A stretch of DNA of 55,593 bases, counting the filler, from Sluysia triapertura (Eukaryota): the NCBI GenBank assembly GCA_046118255.1. It is 4 parts of 4 records of this genome, joined end to end, with 100 filler letters (N's around TTAATTAATTAA, not from the genome) between each part and the next. Parts side by side here need not be neighbours in the genome. Positions count along the whole stretch, not along the records: positions 28,135 to 40,777 come from JBJNIA010092565.1; positions 40,878 to 55,593 come from JBJNIA010250976.1; 2 more parts are not named here. The stretch is one strand, 5' to 3'. Of the stretch, positions 28,135 through 41,019 are shown one piece after another. The notes beneath the pieces are model-generated. The model ran no database searches and was not told where the DNA came from. It saw only the letters and a program-made list of their open reading frames with translations. Numbering within the stretch: position 1 is the first letter of the stretch; each line of letters begins with the position of its first letter. A program made the translations under genes and the position numbers.

Positions 28135-28560
28135 GTTGCTTTTATTAATAAAATTCAAAAAATAAGATGTAAACTTTATATATTCACTAAAGTTTTTTGC
28201 TAAAAGGTACATAAAATTTGTTTCGCATTTATGATCATAAATAGCATGTTGGTGTTCATATAAATGCAATGATAGAGCATAACCCTGGCCAGTATAACAT
28301 CACTTTTAAAATTGTCTCTAACATAAATTGCATCGTGCTTATGAACAGCTTTAACCAAACCATATTCGCCGACTCCTGCAAGTAAAATTGTTCCTGAACT
28401 TTCGCTTTCTGGAAAACTGATATCCGCGTTTGAAACTTGATGCATGATCGGTAGATCTACCATTCTATGCAGACGTGTTAGAGTATTAACGTTTATGAGG
28501 TGGTTCCTAATGAAACTTTTAGATGTTTCTTCATCTATTAATTCATGCGTTTAGGCATGG
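28135..28560 (-). pseudogene. Intronless coding-like island with one apparent frameshift, cut by the gap; unknown family
   Basis: The frame is open upstream of ORF 28200..28463 (HELIDEETSKSFIRNHLINVNTLTRLHRMVDLP...) and appears to continue in the frame of 28087..28269. GC above flanks. Confidence 0.4.
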
Positions 28561-29011
28561 AGCTACGCCATAATCATAAATAAAATTCATTCGAATGAGC
28601 ATTTATTATAGGGACAAGATAATTTAATAACACTAAACTCCTATCGTCCAAAACATCGAAGATTTCAGTTTTTTAAATTCTTTTCTGACTTTCGATAGAC
28701 TTAAAACTGTTCTTGTACAATATGCAACATATAAGTGATTTAAAGAATTCAAATTTTCCACACTATTCAAACTGTTATATTCTTTTTTCAATATTTAAAC
28801 AAAATTATAGCTTTTCTTAGTATTTATTTTATATTATAAAAATGTTTAGAAATTCCAACTAAACCATTTTTAAATTTAGATCATCAAAATATTTTCTGTG
28901 TTGTTATAAGAAAATGTAATAAGATTCAAATTTTTATTTGGTATTTGAATTAAATACTTCATTTAGAAAAATTAAAAATTATGAATTTGCTCATCTGATA
29001 AAAATACAGTT

Positions 29012-29177
29012 NNNNNNNNNNNNNNNNNNNNNNNNNNNNNNNNNNNNNNNNNNNNNNNNNNNNNNNNNNNNNNNNNNNNNNNNNNNNNNNNNNNNNNNNN
29101 NNNNNNNNNNNNNNNNNNNNNNNNNNNNNNNNNNNNNNNNNNNNNNNNNNNNNNNNNNNNNNNNNNNNNNNNNNNNN
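29012..29177. other. Scaffold gap (plain N run)
   Basis: Direct read of sequence. Confidence 0.95.
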
Positions 29178-30888
29178 AACTAAATCGTTGGTTTTACCGT
29201 TTGAATTGATGATTGCAATACATGTTTCATATGCAGCGGATTTTTAAAACACAACATTTTCCCATGACAGTCTTAGAATAACTTCTTATGTCATGGTACT
29301 TTGTACGATATTCTTCTACAATTTCGACATTGTAAAACCTTTACAATGATGATAAATTATCACTGTAACTCGATTAAAACTATATTCAAAGCTGCGTTAT
29401 TTTTTGTAAAAATGTCATTCGATATAATATTTTATATCACTAATTGCTATTACGGATCATTGTTTGCATTTGAATTTTCATGTGCGGAAGGTTGTTATCG
29501 AACTTTTAGTGTTAATGGTGATGACAATAATAATAATAATATCAATCGCAGTTTATAATGTTTCAGAAAAAATAACAATCTCATAGTATTAATAAACGAA
29601 AGAGACAGATTATATTCGTTTAAAACTTTTATGAGTTTATTATATTAAAGGTTAATGTTTAATAACGTTAATAAGTTAAAGAAGTAATTTAGAGTTATTT
29701 AAGATCTTCATAAATCTATAGCTTCAAAAGTTTGTTTGATAATGAAGATATGGGAATTGGTGTGAAGTGCATTATATTATGTACTTATGTGGTGCCGGTC
29801 ACATAATATAATTGTATTAAGTGGGTGAACCACCACAACATCACATTGCTACAAAATTAATATTTCCGAACGCTTTGGTCTAAGTTTAGCCATTGCATAA
29901 ATGAAATGAAGTTACCAGAAGCTTTAGGAATTAAGATAAATTTTACATTGAATATTGTCGATCACTTTATGTCATACGTCATATATTGTAACCGGACCCT
30001 ACTCAAAATTATTTTGCCATGGGTTAAGAAGTAGTTATTTTAAGCAGTACTTATTTATTTATATCTGCCTTCTTAGTTAGTATTCACTTTTTATAGGATT
30101 TTTTCATGTTACATTAAAATTTACATTTGATTCATAATATTTTCCGAATACTAATTATGCGTAATGAATTTTTTCCTTCTTCTTTCACATTTACTGTTAT
30201 TTAAAAGTGCTTTTGGTTACTTTTTGATTTTTTCGAGTATCTATGGATATTTAGATATTTGCAAAGTAAGTGCAATATAAAATTAATTTTTAACAATATT
30301 TATAATATTTTTTATTATCAAATTGTTTTCCACAATATTGACAATGTCTATTTACTATATTTATGGGCTATAGTTTTATTTATGGGTTAAAACACCGTTT
30401 TGAGTTTTAATTTTACGATAATTAATGATGAAGCTTTTCAATCTTTATCCCAAAATGGTATTACCGCGATTAATAGACTTATTGTAATATACGTTCTTCC
30501 ACAAATGTTTATATCGTGAAATTAGTGGCCAATCAGTCCATCAAATATTCTTTTGCTTTAAATGTGTTGTTGTTAAATTGATAACTTTGAATGCAATAAA
30601 CTATCTTTTATTTTTATTTTTATTATTATCACTTCAACAGTAATAATTTATTTATGTTTTTCGACAAGTGCATTTATTTCTTTTTTATCATTTTTTTACT
30701 TCTTTTTTTATATATTTAACATCATCTCGTTGACTAAACATTTATCTGTATTTTATTCATAGAATTATCTGTCAGTTTCCTTTTAATTAATTCATTTAAT
30801 TGGAGTCCTCAAACCATAAATATGATAATTTAATCTACAAACTGCAAACAGCTAAACTATTTTATGTTATCCCTTAATAATAAAGACA

Positions 30889-30941
<53 letters not shown>

Positions 30942-30978
30942 CATTATTATTACTATTATCACCATTATTATTATTATA
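30889..30978. repeat. (ATT)n microsatellite
   Basis: Direct read; explains the poly-Tyr ORF 30864..31100. Confidence 0.95.
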
Positions 30979-32374
30979 TGAATAATCACCGGGAGACCTG
31001 TAAGTTCATCGTGAATACATTAAATCTTTCATTTTCGAACAATACATTAGTAAAAAAACTAAATAATTTATATTTCCCAGTTTCTATTTTTGTAAACTAA
31101 TTTAACATATTAGTAACTACAAAAATTGTAAACAAATTAACTTTTTCAAAAATATGCATCATTAATTATTTTTATTAAATAAATTAAAGACAGAATTAAA
31201 GAAAGATAAGCAATAAATTTATTCACGATAAATTTTTACTGTGATTGATTTACATTGAATATAATTATCATAACCATTACAATAACCTTACTAATTATTA
31301 TGAAAATAACAATAATATAATGTAATATAATTTTTAAACTCTCATCAAACAAAAATTGTCTTACAAATAAAACTGACAAGGACACTATTTATATTTTTAT
31401 GTCAAATATACTAACAAATTTAAAGAACATATTACTACATCAATCATAATAGAAATATAGCAACAATAATCAGTCTCATATGAGCTTTTGTGGAAGAAGT
31501 GGATACAACTTTTTTTATTTAATCACGTATTCATCAATCATTCCACATTTTTATTTTATTTTATTTTATTTTTTTATTATTATATCAGTAATATTTTTTT
31601 GTTACTAATAATAGAATTGGTATTAAAATATAATTTAATAATTAGTTTTTGAGACATTCGTTGAATATAAATTCAAAAATGTAGAAAAGAAAATATAATT
31701 GAATAATTAAAACCATTAAAATTTCTACATCATTTTGGGTAATCTCTTTAGATACATTAAAAATTTCTTAATTTAATTTAATTATTTTAGTTACAAGTTA
31801 TACAGTACTTCTTATATTTAAAATTACTAATTATTTAAGGACTAAACATCAAACAATGAAATAAATAAATGTTGATTTCAAAAGAATCAAATAATAAATA
31901 AATAAATAAATAAATAATTTATTATCTAATTTATTTCTTCTACGTATACATACCGCTTCTAAATTTTGTACAAATACAAAATTATTATTAACTTTATACC
32001 GCATAAAATCAGTGATATTTTAGAAAAAATGTGATATAAATTAAGAATAGAATATAAATATTATTATTATTAAATATTATTAAATGTTATAAATATTATA
32101 TTACAAATATTATTATTATATAAATATTATTTTATAAATATATGTTATATACCAAAAATTTAATGAATGAATATCAACGCAGAAAAGTTTACCAGATTCT
32201 CCGTTAACAATAAAATTAATGTTTTATGTCCATCTTTTGAAAGAATTAGAAGGGCTAATCGTTTAATAATTATATTACATATATCAGTTATGCATTAGTA
32301 ATTTTAATTGTAATAATGCTAATTATAACAATAATAATAAATTTTATTAATAATAGTAAAAACTATTATATTAC

Positions 32375-33290
32375 TATTGGGTAATTCGGAAAGTAATTTC
32401 GTTTTTTCCCAACAGAAGACCTAATTATATGATTTCACAGGCAAATTCGCAATTAAGCCGTACAATCATTATAATTATCGACGGCTTGTTTGTTAAAAAC
32501 TTTGTTTGATTCTGTACAATATATTTGTTTGCAGTACTATCAAATGTGGAAAATCGAAAGCAGCATTTTAGGCATATTTTACTTTTTTATTATCGAAAAG
32601 GTAAAAATACAGTTCAAGCAAGGCGAAAATTATGTGATGTGTATGGAGAAGATGTATTGACCGAACGACAATGCCAAAATTTTTGCAAAAATTCGATATT
32701 GAAAATGCACCCGACGAAGACAAAATAAAGGCATTGATAGATACACATCGTCAAATAACAACTCTTGAAATTGCTGAGAGATTAAATTTTTCGAATTCGA
32801 CTGTTCATGATCACGTGACACGTCTTGGATAACGACTGTGGTTTTCTTTTCAAAGGTCAAGTAAATGATCCATTTTGAAACGAATCATTACCAGTGACAA
32901 GAAATTGGTTGTTCACCTAAATTTTAAACGCAAGAGCTCAAACCACTTCGAAGACCAATGTTTACCAAAAAAGGTTTTATTCTCTGCTTGATGGAATTTC
33001 AAGGGGAAGGTTATTTTGAGCTTCTATCGAATGTGTACTGGACAAATTGAATGATTCACTCAAACAAAAAGGATCAGAATTTATAAATAGAAAATGTACA
33101 GTGTTCCACCTGGATAATACAAGTTTGGTAACTCGCCAAAAGATTTTACAGCTTGAACAGAGATGTACTCCCACACCCACCATATTTTCCAAATTTGGTA
33201 CCTTCGGACTATTATGTGTTCCAGTCTCTGCAAAATTTTTGGACGGGAAAACCGTCACTTCAAATCAGAACTTCAAATATTTAGTCTAAT
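32375..33290 (+). mobile_element. Decayed mariner (DD34D-type) transposon
   Basis: Left TIR-like TA|TTGGGTAATTCGGAAAGTAATTTCGTTTTT. HTH region KQHFRHILLFYYRKGKNTVQARRKLCDVYGEDVLTERQCQ. KRIITSDKK (cf. ITGDEKW) and VFHLDN (cf. FHQDNA). Confidence 0.9.
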
Positions 33291-33479
33291 AAATAATATG
33301 ATATACATTTTAAAAAAATCTTAGATTATCGAGAATATCGAATGCACGTGGAATATTCGTTATATTAGTACTGTATACATTGAATGTTATATAATCTTAC
33401 GTTCAAGTAAAGTAAGAACTTGACGATCAAAGATAAGCTTTTTTAAAATAAATAAAATGGGTACCGCTGTGATTTAAAA

Positions 33480-34765
33480 ATTGAAAATTCCGAAGAAATA
33501 TTAATAAGCTTAAAAAGAAGAGATGCTAAGAACAACGTCATGAAAATCTAGAAAATTTAACACAGCAGATGAGAAAGAACAAGTTACAACACGGTTCAAT
33601 CAATGAAATTGCTGCTGCATTTCAAGCAAACCGTCTAACATCAAGCAGAATTTGGCATGCAGCACGAGCTCAATGCCGATGTTGCTTCAAAAAAGAAAAA
33701 TGCAAGAAAAAACGAAAAGATTATTCTGACAATTTAGCTCAAATAAAGAATACACCATTAAATTGCCGAGGAACGATTCGCAGCCTTTCTGTCGCAATTA
33801 ATATTTCATCATCAACTTTGTGTGACATATTTAAACAACGAAACTGTTAAGCTAATATCTTCTACAGTTGAATCTACTTTAACGGATAAAAATAAATTAG
33901 AAAAGATTACAGTTTTGCTTGCCAAAGGTAAACGTTACCAGTGACGAAAAATGGTTTTATCTTAGTAGAGTTAAATACTCTTAATATCTAATGCTAGACA
34001 AAGAAGGACCTGAAAGAAAATGTAAATGCAAAAGATTTATCACTAAAACGGTGTTCATGGCTGCGGTGCTTCGACCAGGCTATGATATAAATATCGAAAG
34101 CATTATTTTGATGGTAAAATTGGAATATGGCCCTTCATATATCAAGAAGCGGGTAAAAAATTTCTATGAACAGACCCAAAATAACAATAATACATAAAAT
34201 GTGAATCTGTTACAGCTGGAAATTGTAAAAAATGATTATATGAAAAGTTTTTCAGCAATTAAATGCAATCAGCAAGATAATGCAAAACCGTATTTCTGTG
34301 ATAATAATGAAGATATTGTTGCTATAGATTCTGCTGATTGTTGGAATATTAAATTTAATATTAAATAATCCTGATTTAAATATACTTGATTTGGGTATTT
34401 TTAACTCAATACGGTCGTTGCAACATGAAGCTTCAGCAAATACAATAGATATATTGATTGATTGTGTTCAAAATTCATTTAATAAATTAACGTTGTTACC
34501 ACATTACAAACATTGATAGAATCAATTATATTAACGGTTGAAAAAAATTCTTAAATAAGGCAAAACTTCATCGCGATTCGCGAGGGTCGATTATCTGAAA
34601 AATATTTATGTTCCGAAGAAGCGAACAATCTTATTTTAATTAAATTTGTATTATAATAAAATCATATTTTGTTTAAAAAATGTATATAATATAATTTTTA
34701 TGTTAAATTTTAGTTTTATTTTATTTTTTCACAAATGTATACCATAATTCCGGACAGAGGAAGTA
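33480..34765 (+). mobile_element. Decayed plant-type Tc1/mariner (DD39D, Soymar/Osmar/Stowaway-related)
   Basis: DEKWFYL (33943), KRFITKTVFMAAVLRP, FDGKIGIWPF (alternate frame), QQDNAKP (34270), PDLNILDLG (34370). Right end GGACAGAGGAAG|TA resembles the Stowaway-type ACGGAGGGAG|TA. Confidence 0.85.
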
Positions 34766-36071
34766 ATGATATGGAAATCATTGTTAAATTCATTGTAAAT
34801 ACTCAGTAAAAGTGAAACTGATCTTAATGAATAAGTGAAAAACGAAGTTTGAAAGAATTAGTTTTATAACGAGAAATTAGTAATAAAGATTAACATAAAT
34901 GTCAACAAATCTTGCAATTCGTAATCCTTTGTGCTAATTTAGATCATATTTATTGATCCTTTATTTAAATTATCTTAAGTAGTTCAATAAAAGAACTTAA
35001 TTTCTAATAAAATAACTTTATTTCTGAACAATTTAATGATCCTTAAATTTTTGAATTAAAATTCAATCATAAATGAAATCTGTAGAATAATACTACTTGT
35101 TTATAAGTAATACGAAAACAGAAATTCGTTGTTCATTTAAATAATATAAGCCAAAGTTGGATTTTGAAGAAACATATTACAATATGTTTACAATTGGTTA
35201 AACTTTTAAAGCTTAAAGTTAAATTAATGTTAGGCATTATTTTTTTCGATTTAATTTTACTTACAGGTTATGAATGTGGCCATCTGAGTAATGTAACATA
35301 ACCCGAACTCAACCTGAATAAATTTTACTATTTGCTTGGTAGATTTTGAGGTAGACACATCATCACCATAACAATTGAAATGAAAATTATAAATTTTACT
35401 TGGAATTGAAAAAAAGTTTATATTAATTAGCAATTAAATGATTTATTTTATTAATTGTTTTCGAAATTGTTACTGATTTTTTCTATTGGTTTTAAATTTT
35501 AAAAATTTGTAATTATTTATTCATTTTATTTTAAAAATTTTTTATAATTTTAACAATTATGATTTTGTTAATAAATGTACGTATTTTATCTAATTACAAA
35601 AACAAATATAATTTTAAATTATTTTCGTTATTTTTGCTAATATTTGTCTTTTAAAAAAAGAATTATTTAGAAAACATTACACCAGTTTTTAAGTGACACT
35701 TTCTGTATTTTGAAAAATTACAGTTATAAACTATATTAGATGTAATTTAATATATTTTAAATAAAAATTTAAACGAGTCATTTTTTGCACATATCGTGTG
35801 AAGCCTTAAATAATACATTAAAATAAATGTACTGATTTAAAATTATTACATTTTTCAATACAATTCCAATAAATTACTTTGATTATATTGTTACTAATAA
35901 TAGTAGATCACTAATTTTTAAAAAAGTTTCTGTATTGTGTAATTGAATTTTTAAAAATAATCAATAAATTAAGAATTAACATTTAATAAAATTATCCTAA
36001 ATTTTCTCATTTTTATAACAATATTTTGATACATATATAATGATGCATGAAACAGCAATTTAATTTCACTG

Positions 36072-36107
36072 TAATGATAATAATAATGATAATAATAATA
36101 ATGATAA

Positions 36108-36137
<30 letters not shown>
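36072..36137. repeat. (AAT)n microsatellite
   Basis: Direct read of sequence. Confidence 0.9.
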
Positions 36138-36138
<1 letters not shown>

Positions 36139-37599
36139 TTTAAAAGTGAATTTTAAAATGTGATTCAAACATCTAATTAATCAATTGAACACTGGCAAGT
36201 ATTCTGGGAATAATAATTTTATATTCTACTTAAACAGCTTTTCTTTATGTAGAATTTTTAATTTCCTGCTTCGTGTATGTGCTTGTGTGTATATGTGTTC
36301 AGATATTATAATGATTATAATAATAAATTAATATAATGATGTCAAACTTTTTCATTTTCGATGTAACAATATATATAATATGACAGAAATATTATTCGAG
36401 ATACTCTTTTTAAAGCTTATAAAATTGCATTTAAACAATAAAATATTTAATTTATCATTGTCAAGGTAAAATAAGTAAATTTTAAAAATATTACTGTTTT
36501 ACATTATTTATGTACTTACTATTATAAATAACAATAAATATCAAAAATAAAAGCTGCTTTTATTTAAACGTTTATATAAAATTATTTTATTTAGATTTAC
36601 AAAGATATTTAATATCATTAAAAAAAACTATTTTGTTTAAATTTTCTTTACGTTTGAAAATCGTTATTCCAAATTATTATAAATTTAACTATTAATTAAT
36701 TACTAATTATTATAAACTTAACAAAAGAAATGAATGCAATGATGCAAATATACATTATCAAGGTCATGTTGATTTAGGAAGGATAGTTAAATTTATAAGC
36801 AAATATTACACAACAAAAAAAACAAATCATGATATGACTAATCACGATAGATAATGATCTATAACTTTTCAGATCTGTCGAAATTTTGACGCTCTTGTTT
36901 TCGCCTACGATATTAAAAATGAACAATTGGCTAAATTGGTTAGTTTCAGAATTTTTAGCCAAATACATTAGTAAAAAATATTTGCTACGTTGTTTAATTA
37001 TGCTGTGCCTTCTGAATTAGAAGTTGCCGGAGTCAGTCATGAGAGTGTTCACAATTTCCATCAGTCATCTAATGAAATATTCGATATTCGAATTAATATA
37101 TTCGTTTTGTTAGTTTGTTTCAATTTTGTTTGTCAATACATCACAAAATTAGAGGATTGAGTATACTGATTTTTTCTCATTTACTACTACTAATAATAAT
37201 AAAACCTTCATACTAAATCAAATAGAAAATTATTTAAATAAAAATATTTAATTAATTTAAGAAAATTATTTACTTAAATAAAATATTACTGTCGATGGCT
37301 CGAATTGCTAAGTGATTGAATAAGCAGCTGATTCTCAAATGTGGATAATACGTTGTATTGACTTTGTTACATTGATTAATAAAAACATTTTTAAATTATC
37401 TGAAATTATTTTTCTTATATATTACTAATTTCCTTCTCAAATTGAATTCATGAACATGGAATTTAACAATGCACAATTTTTTGAAGCTTCTTTATTTTCT
37501 CTCTCAGTGATTATCAACCAATGCACTCCAATGCTACCACTACTACCCATACCTACACGACATCAGAAAGTGTGCAATGCACATGATTATTAAAGATAT

Positions 37600-37812
37600 A
37601 GTTACTGGTCTGCTAGTCGACAGATTGCTAGTGTGCATATTATTCTTTTCGCATGTGTAATATCACATTATTGAGTTGTCAAACATAATTAAAACGGATT
37701 CAAAAGTAATCACTGAATTAAACAAGTGAAGTTCTTTTACATTAATTTTTTTAGTGTGCCACCAAATTTTTTGTAAAATGTAATACGACAGGAAAAAGTT
37801 TGAGAATTACTG
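37600..37812 (+). mobile_element. Probable hAT-type element right end
   Basis: AGTGTGCC...AAAAAGTTTGAGAATTACTG resembles hAT/Charlie-type termini (AAAAAGGTTGAGAAxCACTG). Left end not found. Confidence 0.45.
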
Positions 37813-39767
37813 GTCTAATTAAACAACTAAATGCTTAAGACGATTTTATATTCAACTAATATTATTTTGCTTCGAAAAGTTATAGTTATGTTAGGTTGTC
37901 GACAGAAACCTTTAAACTCTTAAAAAGTGCTCTTAAAAAATTTTCGACACAAGAGAATATTCTAGAAAACTGTAGAAATTCCACTGATTCTGAATTACTG
38001 TGGTTTTTCTACAACAAAATATTTTTTGATAGTAAAACGTGTAGTTAGCGTTTCTGCAACTTCGTAAGTTAATAGCTACCTTAATTCTAATTCTAAAACC
38101 ATAAAACTTACAATCAAATTTAAAAATTTAGGGTCTAAATTCAATAATAATTTACAAATACAAATACAACTTTATTATAGTCAATAAAACCAAACATGCA
38201 AAACCTTTATTAGTTAAAAAATCTAACAATTTATACAAATTATAAAACCTATAAGAGAAGGAAAGAAGGTTAAAATCAGATAAATTATTATTATTAAAGT
38301 TATGTTGGATTGAAAGTTGAATTTTGTTTTTGATTTATTATTGTTTTAATTTGTTATTTTAATTTATATTTGTAATTATTTTGTTAAATACTCATATTTA
38401 TTATATTTAATCTAATAAAATATTAAATTTGAAATAATATAATTTTTAAATATTAAATTAAATAATTTTATTTATTAAATTATAAAACATGAATAATATA
38501 AATATTAAATATTTTTATCTAAAATTTTAAATCTAAATTTCATTTTTAAATTTTGTTTATTTAAATCAAAAAAAGAAAGAAAATTCAATATGGCTACTTA
38601 GTGTAGATTTTATATAAATATATGTGAAATCTTATAGTAAGTAATCAAATAAGATAAATTATAATCATCATAAAAAGAATCATCATAATCATCATTAAGA
38701 ACTATATTTACACTTAAAATCACTTATATTGTAACGCTAGACCTTAATACGCATAGTTCAATTTGTAGATTTAAAATAATTTTAGTATTAGAAATTCCTT
38801 TTCTAATATTATAATATTATTTTATAATTTTATTTTTATTATAATTTAATCTCTATTTTCATTGTATCTGCCTGTCAGTCTATTGTATCCGTTTGTCACT
38901 ATTAACAAAAGTTAGTTTGCTTATCTTTCTTTTGTTGAATAATAAATTTCGAGTTAGTTTGTTAGACCTTAAGAAGACTAGCTTAATTTTTAAAATCACT
39001 AAAATAATTCAAGCTTTACGCTAGACAGTAAGGGCTAAAACTAGACCATAATCGGCTAGTTCAACCACTTAATAGTTTAAATTTGAATACATTGTTGAAT
39101 ATAAGGAATACACTTCATATTTTAACGAAGAAACTTGTGAAGTGAGATTAAATAATTTAATTTACTAAAAATCCTAATAGGATGCCATCTTCACAGATTT
39201 AAGCCGTACTTCTTAGGCGAACTGACTTCTAGGTATTTTGCTAAGATAAGATAAATCTCTTTTCATAATAAAATACACAGCAGTCTTTAACTTTTATTAC
39301 TAAAGCGTTAATTTATCCCTCGGTATATGGAAGAAAACTTATTCTTTCTTCAAAAATTTAAATTTAAGTATATTTTAGTACATTAATCTTATTAATTAAA
39401 ATTAATATCACCTTATAAAAATAGCCTATTGTTTTTTGAAAAAATAAACTCCTCCAAGTAATCGTAAATCCTTTGAACAAGCTAGAACAATTGAGAATTC
39501 CACACATTAAATTTTGCAAATGGCGGTACTTAAAATTACGAAATTTTCAAAATGGTTGCTTTCCAAATCGATGAATTTACAATATGGTGATTTTCATTAA
39601 ACTGATGCTAATTTATATATTAGTCATCAGCCAATGAGAATCGGTAGAATGTTCTATAACATTCTAGAAGATTCTATTTTTTTAGAAGCTAATTTTCTTT
39701 TTTAGAAAATATATTTTCTTTTTTCGAAAAATAATTGTTTTTAAGTAATTTTATAATTTTAAGTAAT

Positions 39768-40777
39768 TTATATAATTTTATGTTGTAATGGCCGGGGCGT
39801 AATATTAAGATATTTAAAGTTAAACTTGAAAAATTTAATTAAAGTAAAACATGACTTTATAAAATTATTCAAACATTTTAAATTTTCGTTGGTAAATAAA
39901 TCAATTAAAACGTAAGGAGTTGCATCAATATATTTAATTTTTATTCCATAACAAGTATTAAAGGATACAATAAAAACATTACACATATTGATCGTCATCT
40001 GGTAAACATTAGTCGTATTGACCGTGATTATAGAAACACTACACTTGTCAATCGTTGTCATAAAAATATTACTTATATTAATAGTTATCATAACAACATT
40101 ACTTATATAAATGGTTATCATAAGAGCATTACTAGTATTACTTGTTATCATAGAAGCATCACTAGTATTACTTGTTACCATAGAAGTATTACTAGTATTA
40201 CTTGTTATCATAGAAGTATCACCAGTATTATTTGTTATCATAAAAGCATTACTAGTATTCTTTGTTATCATAGAAGTATTACTAGTATTATTCGTTATCA
40301 TAGAAGCATTACTAGTATTACTTGTTATCATAGAAGTATTACTAGTATTATTTGTTATCATAGAAGCATTACTAGTATTATTTGTTATCATAAAAGCATT
40401 ACTAGTATTATTTGTTATCATAAAAGTATTACTAGTATTATTCGTTATCGTAAAAGTATTACTAGTATTATTTGTTATCATAGAAGCATTACTAGTATTA
40501 TTTGTTATCATAGAAGTATTACTAGTATTATTTGTTATCATAAAAGCATTACTAGTATTCTTTGTTATCATAGAAGTATTACTAGTATTATTTGTTATTA
40601 TAAGAGTATTACTAGTATTATTAGTTAACGTAAAAGTATCACTAGTATTATTTGTTATCATAAAAGCATTACTAGTATTCTCTGTTATCATAGAAGTATC
40701 ACTAGTATTATTTGTTATCATAAAAGCATTACTAGTATTCTTTGTTATCATAGAAGTATTACTAGTATTATTTGTTA
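39768..40777 (-). CDS. Asn/Thr/Ser-rich decapeptide-repeat protein, 5' end lost in the gap
   Basis: ORF 39768..40751: about 22 MITNNTSNxx repeats, about 5 diverged repeats that keep the 10-aa register, then a unique tail ending at the shared CCGGCCATT motif. Confidence 0.5.
40111..40777. repeat. 30-bp tandem repeat, about 22 copies (TTTGTTATCATAGAAGTATTACTAGTATTA)
   Basis: Direct read; substitutions only, no indels seen. Confidence 0.97.
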
Positions 40778-40877
40778 NNNNNNNNNNNNNNNNNNNNNNN
40801 NNNNNNNNNNNNNNNNNNNNNTTAATTAATTAANNNNNNNNNNNNNNNNNNNNNNNNNNNNNNNNNNNNNNNNNNNN
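40778..40877. other. Assembly spacer
   Basis: 44 N + TTAATTAATTAA + 44 N. Confidence 0.95.
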
Positions 40878-40974
40878 CGATATTAACGATACAATTTTTT
40901 TAATAATAATAGTAAAAATAATAATACTTTAATAATTCAATAGATACAGTCACACAATAAAATAATGGTACAAT

Positions 40975-40975
40975 A

Positions 40976-41018
<43 letters not shown>
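40975..41018. repeat. (AAT)n microsatellite
   Basis: Direct read of sequence. Confidence 0.95.

Positions 41019-41019
<1 letters not shown>

Noticed and set aside
40111-40777. CRISPR-like array
   Set aside because: Head-to-tail 30-mers with no unique spacers, in a eukaryotic context.
40111-40833. 240-aa hydrophobic plus-strand ORF
   Set aside because: Antisense reading of the 30-bp repeat. It closes where the repeat degenerates, while the minus frame continues into unique sequence.
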